From NCBI GenBank assembly GCA_051294375.1, contig CM119269.1, forward strand, positions 14,333,988 to 14,397,917: 63,930 bases of DNA, given 5' to 3'. The position numbers were made by a program, and so were the translations under genes. The notes under the pieces were generated by a model, which saw nothing but the letters and a program-made list of their open reading frames with translations, had not been told where the DNA came from and did not search any database. Shown here one piece after another: positions 52,654 to 63,930 of the stretch; the stretch's first letter is position 1; every line of letters begins with the position of its first letter. The stretch comes from Paraspadella gotoi. Lineage: Eukaryota > Animalia > Chaetognatha.

Positions 52654-54133
52654 CAGAGGGAGAGACAGAGGGAGAGAGAGAAAGAGACATAGGTAAGTCA
52701 AAGGGAAAAAAGGCGACGAGGGTAGAAGGCGCCGTAAACGCCTTAGGTGAGTTACGTCGAGAGGAAAAAGATGGCGCTCGCGTGATTAGGCGTCCGTCGT
52801 GAATTGATGTTGCGCTTTGTGAAAGAAGAAAGAAGGCCATCGGTAACTAAAGGAGAGACAGATGCAAAGACAGATGAAATGCAAATACAAATGCTAAATA
52901 AAGACAGATGCAAAGATAGATGCAAAGACTGATGCAAAACTAAGAAAGATACAAATGCAGATGGAAAACGTAGGCGGAAAGATGCAAAGACCGATACAAA
53001 GCAAAGATATATATAGTATGTATAATTGTATATGTATAGTTTTTGAAATTCCCTAATTTTTTTAAAATCTAAATTTCTATTCAAAACGTTTTAAGTTATC
53101 GTATGTTCTGTATGTACAATTTGTACATACATAAAACTGTAAATAATAAAAACCTAAACTAGTAACTACATTCAATTTTCGCTCCCCGCAGTTTTTTTCA
53201 CGATCCACACGACGGTCGGTGGTCCCAAACTCGAACGCGGATGCGATGCGAGGGAATCGAAAATGCGAGACCCTCGATCTTTTGGGCGAAGAAGTCAGAG
53301 AAATTCCTTTTTCATTTTCGAAAGATAGAAAACGAAATTTATGTCGCCATTTTGTTTTCTTTTTTCTCTTTTCAAACGACGAACGTAGTATTTTTTTTAA
53401 GTTTCTTATTTTTTTATTCTTTTCTCTTTGTGCTTTAGAATTGAATATAATTGCCATTGGTTCTGATATAGATTTATTTGTTCCATGCACATGGCACTAT
53501 TCACTAATTTTTTGGAATATTTTCATATTAAAATAAAATTAATTTCTTGAGATTTTCTTCTTTTTTTAAACTTGTAGTTTCTCTTTTCGTTTCGCCTGAT
53601 ATTTTCTCTTTTCACAAAGCAATCCGTTGCCTCCACTACAAGAAATCCCTCAAAACTATTCCTCCTTTTATCATTCAATTCACTTACCGTTAAAACGTCC
53701 ATTTCCTTCCCTTTCTTCCATTTTCCCTTTTTTTTTCGATTATCCATTTCCTTCCCTTTCTTCCATTTNNNNNNNNNNNNNNNNNNNNNNNNNNNNNNNN
53801 NNNNNNNNNNNNNNNNNNNNNNNNNNNNNNNNNNNNNNNNNNNNNNNNNNNNNNNNNNNNNNNNNNNNNNNNNNNNNNNNNNNNNNNNNNNNNNNNNNNN
53901 NNNNNNNNNNNNNNNNNNNNNNNNNNNNNNNNNNNNNNNNNNNNNNNNNNNNNNNNNNNNNNNNNNNNNNNNNNNNNNNNNNNNNNNNNNNNNNATTTTC
54001 CCTTTTTTTTCGATTATCCATTTCCTTCCCTTTCCTTTCTTCGTCCTCCGTCTCGACTCTCGACCGCCTTGCCCTGGATTCCAGGTTGTCCATTTGAACT
54101 TGACGATCCTCTAGAGCCTCTCAGTCTCTCTCT
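52457..54133. repeat. Duplicated block C (third copy of 46480-48090 / 59020-60700)
   Basis: Shared anchors CTCGTTGTATACGCGTTTT and GACCGCCTTGCCCTGGATTCCAGG. Ends at a 25-N gap. Confidence 0.95.
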
Positions 54134-54158
54134 NNNNNNNNNNNNNNNNNNNNNNNNN

Positions 54159-57100
54159 CTTCAAAGGCTCAAAACTCGAAGGCGAAAAGAAAAGAAATCG
54201 GATTTTGATGTTTTCTTAAGGTCTTCGAACTGAACCTGGGTCTTTTGGCCTAAATTGAAGTCTTTTGGCCTAAATTTAAAGTCTTTTATGAATAACCCCA
54301 TTAATTTCATTTTTACATCTGGTATGTTTAATTTTACTATAAAAAAGGGGGAAACAAATTCAGAATTAAAGAAAGTATAGTAGTTTAGACGAATAAGAAA
54401 TATAACTATGTATCGGACGATAATATCTTAAATACTAATTTAAATCCTTGTTACAAATTAATAAGCTCTCTATTCACTCACGAATGAAGACGACGATAAT
54501 AAAGACGACGACGACGAAGACGTCTTCGTTGACGGTTTCATTGACCGCAGCCAAAATGACCAGAAATACGACGACATTATGTATGACAGGACGACGACGA
54601 CGAGGAAGACGACGACGACGACGACGACGAGGAAGACGACGACGTAACACTACACGATGACGACGATCAAGACGGGAGGAATACTGTGAAGACTGAAGAC
54701 AACGAAGTCTGATAAAGACGATGACGATAACGACGGTGATGAAAACCTGATGAAGACGAAGGTGATGAAGACGATCACGACGACGACGAATACAAGACGA
54801 GATTCACAATGATGACGCGAGTTGATGACGATGAAGACTGACAACAATGATTTAGACAATGCCTGAGGAGACCGATGACAACGATGGTAATGATTATGAG
54901 GAAAAAGAAGACGATGAAAGACTGACGACGATGTTGATTGATGACAATGACGATGACAAAGCGGTCGATGAAGTCAACGACGAGACGACGATGATCCTTT
55001 TGTGAGGCGTGGACGAACAAAGCGGTGAAAGGTAAGGGGCGATCGAGATGGAATTGAGGAGGCGAGGAAAGGTGAGGGCGAAGCGGACGACAGGTGGAGG
55101 CTGAGGACGAGAGACTGTGGGAGACTGGAGAGTGATGAAGGAAAAGATGAATTAGTTGACGCGGGAGAAGATTTTTAAAAAAGAAGGAAAGAAAGAAAAA
55201 AGAGGAGGAAGATGAGCCGAAAAAGAAAAAGTAAGAGGAGAAAAGGTGACAGGTTATGATAGTATTATATGTATACATATCCGAGTAAATGATGTAGAAA
55301 ATGAAATTATCTTGTAGCGACTGAGATGGAAAAAAAAAATGTCAAATTTGAATAGTTCCGGAAAAAAAAGGAATGATAAGAACAAGGACCGAGCTGTTGT
55401 GACAGGAATAGCGGAGCGAAAAAAGGGTTGAAGGGATTAGATGGCGTGCTAAAAAGTATGCACACACGCAGGATGGCGAAGCAAAAATTTAAGCTTGCGA
55501 AATTGGTAGAACGTTGAGGCAGCAAAGGAAAGAGGTTTAGAAGTCAGGGGCCTCAGGGGCGGGAGGGACAGCGTAAATAGAGGAGGCTTGGGTGGTAAAA
55601 GTGATTCGATAAAGGGCAAACAGGGGGTCTGGAGCGGCAGGAGCGGCAGGAGTGGCAGCTGCGAAGAGAAGGCGTTTCCGGTGACGCGAGTTCCCCTCCT
55701 CTTTTTCGCCATAAAACGAAGGCGAGAAATGGAAGGGCCGACGGCGACGGCGACGACGACGCTGACGACGACGACGACGACGACGGCAGAACGGGGCCGC
55801 CTGGGGGCGGGGGTTGTTGCGGGGGACTACCGGGGCGTCTCTGATGTGGGTGATTTGGATGAAGTGGTTATTATTGGTTAGGTGGAGGGATTAGAAAGGA
55901 CTTTAGGTTATATGAGGTAATATATGTGGTAAGGCGATACTTGGGCTGAAGATACTCCGTAACTTCTATAACCCCTCTAGCAGCCATGGAACGGGTCCCT
56001 GGGCTTGGAACCAGGCTTGAGGTTTGCCATGCCCCAAGGCGGCTTACGGCCGTCCTCCGCCTTCCGCAGGGTAGTACGGGTTGGGATTGAACCCGGTTAC
56101 CTGGTGGTCATGAGTGATGCTTTACTCAATGGTCACGGTCTCAACTGAAAGTTCATGATTCTAGCGGATGAACCTAGCATGCCGACTACATATATCTACT
56201 AATAAAGTACTAGGAGAAGAGAAAACGCTTTGGTTTCTTGATTGTTGAAAAGACTCGATCCGGATGTGGGTGAAAGGGGCTGCACGGGGCCGGTGTAGTC
56301 GACTGGAACTGAAAGGGAGTGAAAATCGCCGAAGGGGGAAAGAAGCGGTGAGTGTTAAGTGACTGTGATCCAGTCGTGGGTTAAAAAGGCCGAAAACTTT
56401 CTCCCCTTTTTAAGTTGCGCCGCGAGTACTCGCGGAGCAACTCTTTAAGTCAATTTTCGGCGGTCTGTCGGCGGTCTGTCGCTCTGTTGATCGGTATGTT
56501 GTCCGTCTGTCTGTCTACTTACGTTAAAAAGCCGCCTCACTTCAGGAATCCTAAAAACTATAAAGAATAAAATACTAGATGCAGTGCCTGTCATAAATAC
56601 AAGGCCGATCAAGGGAAATACCCGTGAAAATAAAGTCACATTCCGCAACACATTGGAATCGCGATCTTGTTTTTTAAAAATAACTCGATGGGAAAATGAT
56701 TGGGGGTCGAACTGAAGAGATGAAAAAGAAAGGAGGAGAGAAAGGGGAGCGGCGAATTGATGCGAAAGTGGGCGAGAGTGTGTCCCCTTCTCCTCCTCCT
56801 CCTCCTCTCTGATCGTCAAAAGACCACAAAAGAGACCACCAAAGGAGGAAAGGTTTAACCTGAAAACGATGAGGCAAAGAACCTCCGGTGCTTAATTTCG
56901 CCGAAAAAGATCCTTGAATAATCCGCTTTTTATTGACTCTGAAGTTGGAAAGAAAAAAAAAATATGGAAGCTGAACGCGGGCAGCCATAATCCACGAAAG
57001 ATTCATAGCTGAGAAAAGAGAATGAAAAATTTATACTGTAATTATCATTATCGAAAGGAGATAGGTTTTTATCAATATGGGGTATAAATATGCCCGTTCT

Positions 57101-58872
57101 CATTTTTAGTTAATAGTCTTAGATCTTAGTAATGGTTTTGAGTATCACGTTATTTTCTCATTTCATCCACTTCATTATAAATATATTCTTTTATTTATTT
57201 TCTTATTCTTATTTACATTTACCTTTATATTTATTACTTATCTATTTAATAACAGTTGACGCCCGATCATATAAAACCCAACCTCGTCCCATTTAATTCC
57301 TTCCACTCGACCAAGCGTTCATCTTTGGTCAAAACCTCACCTTTATTACCCTGATAAAACGTGCCTCGGAACCAAATCTCATATTCCTCTTCTCGACGTC
57401 GCCACGTCGGTGCTTACTCCGGAACGAGACAAGCGTGCTTACCACCCGGGGATGAGACAAGCGTGCTTACCACCAGGGGATGAACAAGCGTGCTTACCAC
57501 CAGGGATGAGACAAGGTGCTTACCATCAGGGATGAGACAAGAGTGCTTACCACCCGGGATGAGACAAGCGTGCTTACCACCCTGGGATTGAGACAAGCGT
57601 GCCTACCATCAGGGGATGAACAAGCGTGCTTACCACAGGGATGAGACAAGCGTGCTTACCACCAGGGGATGAGACAAGCGTGCTTACCATCGGGGATGAA
57701 CAAGCGTGCTTACCACAGAGACGTGACAATGTGCTTACCACCCGGAGACGAAACAAAGCGTGCTTCCACTTGGAGACGAGACAACGGCTTACCACCCGGA
57801 GTCAAGCGTGCACCCCCCGGAGCGAGATTTCATAGCTGCTGCCAAAGGAGAAAACCAGACTCGGTTTCCTTTAAGGCAAAACATTCCGTGTGCATTGACT
57901 CTTCTTAAGAGGCTGGAAGTGATAAGGTGGGAGTTGCGAGAGAGGGTTGATAGATACTGGTGAAAGGGGTTGTGAGAAGATGTGAGGATTACGGTGAAGA
58001 GGAATTTGTCAGAGAGGTTGTGAGAGATTGCGGTGACGGGAAGATAAGGAGAAGGTGTGATAGAAGTTGTGAGAGGGGAATATGATGTAATTGATCATGG
58101 TGGATAGAACTTCGGGGGTAGTGGTTATTAACGAATTGACTCCTCGTCCGAAAGAAATCTCTCTTTTCTTTCCTTTCCTCACTTTTCCTCTTTTTTTTTC
58201 TCCTTCTTCCCGCCAGTTCTTTTCGTCCCTCCTTCCTTCACCTATTTTCATATTTACGCCAAAGGTTGCCCTTTCACTTTTTTCGTCTACCAACTACAAA
58301 TAATTCCATTCACCTTCTACTCGCCAATGACCACCTTTCATCGCCCTTGTCGACCAGACCAGCGAACTATCCACACGCAACTCTCTCCCCCCCCCACACA
58401 CACACAAACACGCTCCTCCCTCCCACTTTCCCCCCCTACACCCTTCCCTCCACCGCGACTCATCTTCGCCTCGCCGTTCATTTTCCAACTCGTTCGTCAT
58501 TTCCGTATGAGGAAGCAATAACGGACGACGGGAAATGAATAATGTAAAAGGCACTTTCCCCGTCTCTTTTATTTAATTCTCTTTGATTTCGGGTCGGATG
58601 TAAATTACTCCTGGCGCCTGGCTTCCAAGGGGGGGAGAAAGCGGAGTCTGAGAAAAATAGGGGTTTGTTGGCGGCCGTTTGTCGGATCTGTCTGTCGGTC
58701 TGTCCTGTCTTTCTTTCTCCCTTTTCTTTCTGTCTCTCTCTCTCTCTCTCTCTCATCTAATATATAATATATTATATATATCTCCCCTTTTCTCTTTTTC
58801 TTTCTTTCTATCTTTCTTTTTTTCATTCTTCTTTCTTTCTTTCTTTCTTTCTTTCTTCTTTCCTTCTTTTTT

Positions 58873-58905
<33 letters not shown>

Positions 58906-58906
58906 T

Positions 58907-58950
<44 letters not shown>

Positions 58951-61141
58951 TTCTTTTCTCCTTTTCTATCTCTCTTCTCTCTCTCTCATCACTCTCTCTA
59001 TCTCTCCTCTCTCTCTTCTCTCTCTCTCATCTCTCGTTGTATACGCGTTTTCCTCCTTCCTGTTTTTCACTTATTAATGATGAAAAAACGGATTTCAAGT
59101 CCACGGTCAAGTCTGTCTGAGCGGAATATGATTGAAAAAGACGGTAGCAGAGAGAGAGAGACAGAGAGAGAGAGAGAGGAGAGACAGAGAGACAAGGAGA
59201 GACAGAGGGAGAGAGAGAAAGAGACATAGGTAGTCAAAGGAAAAAGGCGACGAGGGTAGAAGCCCGTAAACGCCTTAGTGAGTTACGTCGAGAGGAAAAA
59301 GATGGCGCTCGCTGATTAGGCGTCCCCGTCGTGAATTGATGTTGCGCTTTGTGAAAGAAGAAAGAAGGCCATCGGTAACTAAAGAGAGACAGATGCAAAG
59401 ACAATGAAATGAAATACAAATGCTAAATAAAGACAGAGCAAAGATAGATGCAAAGACTGATGCAAAACTAAGAAAGATACAATGCAGATGGAAAACGTAG
59501 GCGGAAAGATGCAAAGACCGATACAAAGAAAGATTATATATAGTATGTTAATTGTATATGTATAGGTTTTTTGAAATTCCCCTAATTTTTTTAAAATCTA
59601 AATTCTATTCCAAAACGTTTTAAGTTATCGTATGTTCTGTATGTACAATTTGTACATACATAAAACTGTAAATATAAACCTAACTAGTACTACATTCAAT
59701 TTTTCGCTCCCCGCAGTTTTTTTCACGTCCACACGACGGTCGGTGGTCCAAACTCGAACGCGGAGCGATGCGAGGGAATCGAAAATGCGAGACCCTCGAT
59801 CTTTTGGGCGAAGAAGTCAGAGAAATCCTTTTTCATTTTCGAAAGATAGAAAACGAAATTTATGTCGCCATTTTTTCTTTTTTCTCTTTTCAAACGACGA
59901 ACGTAGTATTTTTTTTAAGTTTTTATTTTTTTATTCTTTTCTCTTTGTGCTTTAGAATGATATAATTGCCATTGGTTCTGATAAGATTAATTTGTTCCAT
60001 GACATGGCACATCACTATTTTTTGAATATTTTCATATTAAAATAAATTAATTTCTTGAGAATTTTCTTCTTTTGTTTTAACACTTTGTAGTCCTCTCCTT
60101 TTCGTTTCGCTCTGAACATCATTTCTCTTTTCACAAAGCAATTTTCTTTTCCGCCCTCTGCCTACCACTACAGAAGAGAAATCCCTCAGAAAATCTATTC
60201 CTCCTTTTATCATTCAATATTCACTTACCATCGTTTCAAACCATTCTCCACTTTCCTTCCTTATTATTCTACTTCTATGCCTTAACTTCTGTTTTTCACT
60301 TCTTTTTTTCGGATTATTCATTTCCTTCCCTCTTCATTCCAATTTTCCCTTTTTTTCTCGACGTCCATTATCCAATTTCTTCCCTTCATCTCTCCAGTTT
60401 TTGCCTCTTTTTTCCATCGACTCATATCCATTTCCTCTCCTTACTTTCTTCGCATTTTTCTCTTTTTTTCGATTATCCATTCTTCCTGTTCTTCCATTTT
60501 CCCTTTTTTATTATCCCATTTCTCCCTTCTTCCATTTCCCTTTTTTTCGATTACCATTTTCTTTCCCTTCTTCACTCTTTCCTTTTTTTCCGATTATCCA
60601 TTTTCTCCTTTCCTTTCTCGTCCTCCGTCTCGGACTCTCGACCTGCCTTGCCCTGCGATTCCAGGTTGTCCATTTGAACTTGACCCCGATCCTCTAAGAG
60701 CCTCGCAGTGGGCTTCTCTCTCTTCTCTTCTCTCTCTCTCTCTTCCTCTCTCTCTCTCTCTTCTCTCTCATCCTTCTCTCTCTTTCTCTCTCTCCTCCTC
60801 TTCATCCTCTCTCTCAATCCGCTTTCTGTCAGATGCTGAAAAACAAAACCATTTTTTTTTCTTCTGTTGCGCGACACTGGTTCAAGAGATTCCCTTTCCT
60901 CATTTCAACACACAAAAAAGAGAAGAGAGAGAGAGGAGAGAGACGAGAGAGAGAGAGAGAGAGAGAGAAGGAGAGAGAGAGAGAGGAATAGAGCACGAGT
61001 GAAAATAGACCAGAGCCAAAAAAGGAGGAAATGCAAAGATTTTTTCGCGAATTCTGAAGATAAAGAAATAGTGGAGAGGAGAAAAAGGCTCAGGTGTGAC
61101 CCTCGACAGAAAAAGGAAATATGTTAGGAAAGAGGGAGAGG

Positions 61142-61208
<67 letters not shown>

Positions 61209-62483
61209 ATATTGTGTATTTGGGAAAGTAATAGAAAAATCAAAGATAAAAAAGCTTAACAGTTGAATATCGCGGGAAATAACGATGACAGGAAGAGAGA
61301 AAGGAGAAAAAATGTGTGAATATAAAGATGGAGAAAAGTGGGGATAAAAATGTGAAGATTAAAGATTAATCTTTAAACTGGGAAGGACTAGTAAGAGAAA
61401 ATTGACCAAAGTTTCTCGATTGTTTGAGTGAGATAACATCATCACGACGACGACGACGACTAGAAAGACGATGAGGACGTCGAAGGAGGCGGTAGACGCG
61501 GTCACGCGGCGGAAAGGGCGTCGCTACAAAAGATAAATACCCTTTGAAACAAATAAAAGAGCATCGTGCCTTGAATATTGTCCCCGGCGCCGTTTTTTTA
61601 AAAAAACAACATCAACGATGAATGGAGATTAAAAAAAAAAAAAAAAGATTCTTTCTTCTACTTTTGTCGCTTCGTTATTTTCAACTTCCTCCATTGATAT
61701 AAAGAAAAATGACAACAACAACGACAACAACAACATCGCCAGAAGCGCCATCTTATTCAGATCTTTAAAATAAAAAAGGCGTCTTGACGCGAAAAGAAGA
61801 AGAATCAATGTTTGTTTTTCTTTATTTTTTATATCTATATATCAGCGGGCTTTAAGCTTGAGAATTGAAAAAATCAATCCAAGAGGAAAAAAATAGAGGT
61901 TGTTATCTCTTTTAAAAATGTACTGCTTGCTATATATATGTGTGAAGTATTTTGAGGCTTCACGCCCGCAGAGTCGCGCGTTCGAGACGTCGCTCGTTCC
62001 GTGTAATTTGACGAGGGAGCTTAATGGAAGACTCGCTGAATTTTCCGCCGAATCACGAGGCCAATTATGAAGGAAAAGTCGTGCTTAGGCTTTATTTTCA
62101 GTAAAATATTCATAATTTGTCCCGTAAAAGTGTATTAAAGACGAGCGAATCGTTTCTTTGCTGAGTCAAAATAAGAACTAAAAAAATAGTCTCGTGTCTC
62201 TTTAAATTACGACGGTCAAACAAAAGACCGGTAAAATAATAAAGGGATACCAAAAAAAGACAGATCAAACGCAATCATGAAGAATTGTAGGCAAATCTGA
62301 TTGACCTTAAAATGTCAGAGAGAGAGACGGAAAAATAACTTGGCGTGGCATAGTATTTCACAATATAAGTTCAATGATAAAAAAAAATGAGAAACATTGT
62401 TTCGTCATATTTATCGGTCGCGTTTCCTTAAATCAGAGTCACGATGTTGATTAGTTGGAAACGCTTCAACGACTTGCGAGCAC

Positions 62484-62523
<40 letters not shown>

Positions 62524-63930
62524 AAGTTAAAAGGCTTCCTTCGTGAAGCGAGACAGAGTTAATCATTAACCGAGCAACCATAGACATCAAGTGAAATCAA
62601 ATCAGGCGTCATCGCACTTCAGGCAAATCAACGGACGAGCAGTTAGATTTTTGTCACAAGGAATCGCGTCATTTAACGCTTCGCCACGCCTTCAACGCCA
62701 TCTTGCGCCATTTCGCGCCATCTTGCGTCATTAAACGTTATCTCAGGAGATCACCCTCAGACTCACGCCATCTCAAAATCATTCGATCGAGAATCAATAT
62801 ATCAATAATGCTGGAAACCTCGAAGTGAATAAACTGGACAATGTGAGACAATTGCAGGGTCTTGATCTGTTAAGATCTTGTAAGAGGCCCGGTCAATATC
62901 AAAAGGCAAGATAGCTTATTCCTATTCTCTCTCTCTCTCTCTCTCTCTCNNNNNNNNNNNNNNNNNNNNNNNNNNNNNNNNNNNNNNNNNNNNNNNNNNN
63001 NNNNNNNNNNNNNNNNNNNNNNNNNNNNNNNNNNNNNNNNNNNNNNNNNNNNNNNNNNNNNNNNNNNNNNNNNNNNNNNNNNNNNNNNNNNNNNNNNNNN
63101 NNTCTCTCTCTATCAAAAGTTTGGCAAAAAAAATTCTTACTATGTTTTCCTAACTTTTTCTAAAGTTTAAACTGCGGTGAAGATACAAAGTTCGCAAAGA
63201 GAATGTATAGACTATACATGTATTGATACAACGTATTATGAAACAGCTCCGCTTGCGCTCAGAAAAAAAGGTTTCCCTGACAGATGAGAGACGCAATCGA
63301 GTTTTCCTGTTGTCAATACATATCCATCGGGTATTGATAAATAAATCGTCTCTGTCTCTCTCNNNNNNNNNNNNNNNNNNNNNNNNNCTCTTCTCTCTCT
63401 TCTTTTCCTCTCTCTCTCTCTCTCTCTCTCTTCTCTTCTCTCTCTTAAGATTTAATAAAGAAAGAAACACAATCGGCGGTATTTCGCCACTTTATCACAC
63501 CGCCACAACTGGCCGAAACCGCACTTATTTCATACGCCACCATGCAAACCGCACACCTGGCAAAACGCCACAGACGCCACCGAATAAACCTCCTCTATAA
63601 CTATTACTATTTTAAACCAGTACCTCTACTGTTTCTCCACCGCTCCACAGCACGTCTTTTCTCACGACACGGAACTAGTCTCTCCCTCACTCACTCCTTT
63701 GAGTGGATCCGATCCAATATACCATATAATCAGTGTTCTAAAGTCGCCCGACATCTCAGAAATGAGTCTGCGCTGTCTTTCGTGTCACAAGAGACAGTAA
63801 TGCCAGTATTCAAGCTCGTCTTTTACTTGTAGTCTCTGTGTATTAATAACACTCCAATAAAAATAGTAACATAAAATAATGAGTGGTGTGTAACTCTGTT
63901 AGATCGTCACGAAGAACTGGAGTAAGATGC
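54159..63930. repeat. Duplicated block B, copy 2
   Basis: Starts on the first base after 25-N gap 54134-54158 (CTTCAAAGGCTCAAAACTC = 41364) and runs to the window end. Confidence 0.95.

Noticed and set aside
62605-62830. Paired-class homeobox-like start (RRHRT...TDEQL)
   Set aside because: Spacing is wrong, there is no helix 3 WF.NRR, and the frame differs in the 49990 copy.
27928-63930. Genuine recent segmental duplication, or LTR pairs of a giant retroelement
   Set aside because: No TG..CA ends, PBS/PPT or gag-pol. Boundaries coincide with 25-N gaps and divergence is indel-dominated like long-read error.

Overview
Eukaryotic (probably invertebrate animal) genomic DNA from a gap-filled draft assembly. 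It is AT-rich, full of (CT/AG)n, (TTTC)n, (GAC)n and (CCG)n microsatellites, and has ten N-gaps. Most of the six-frame ORFs are translations of microsatellites (LSLSLS/ERERER, F-rich), and I cannot confidently name any protein-coding gene. Well over half of the window is 2-3 near-copies of the same multi-kb blocks: 15.0-18.7 vs 18.8-22.3 kb; 11.6-14.1 vs 34.9-37.7 kb; 27.9-34.8 vs 37.7-44.3 kb; 41.4-51.2 vs 54.2-63.9 kb; 46.5-48.1 vs 52.5-54.1 vs 59.0-60.7 kb. The copies differ mainly by small indels, and two of them start exactly at 25-N gaps, which points to long-read gap-filling artefacts rather than real segmental duplications. Supportable content: several minisatellites (18-19, 12, 28 and ~43 bp units), a tRNA-derived SINE-like element, Helentron/DINE-1-like element ends with a 30-bp palindrome, and a few candidate exons with canonical splice sites. 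The most curious signals are (i) a ~3.4 kb non-coding block present at two sites whose empty-site versions also lie in the window, and (ii) an Asp/Glu-rich cryptic reading frame repeatedly broken by +1 T insertions that create in-frame TGA, shared by all three copies. Both have plausible artefactual explanations. I found no CRISPR array or prokaryotic system, and no convincingly novel system can be demonstrated from this sequence alone.
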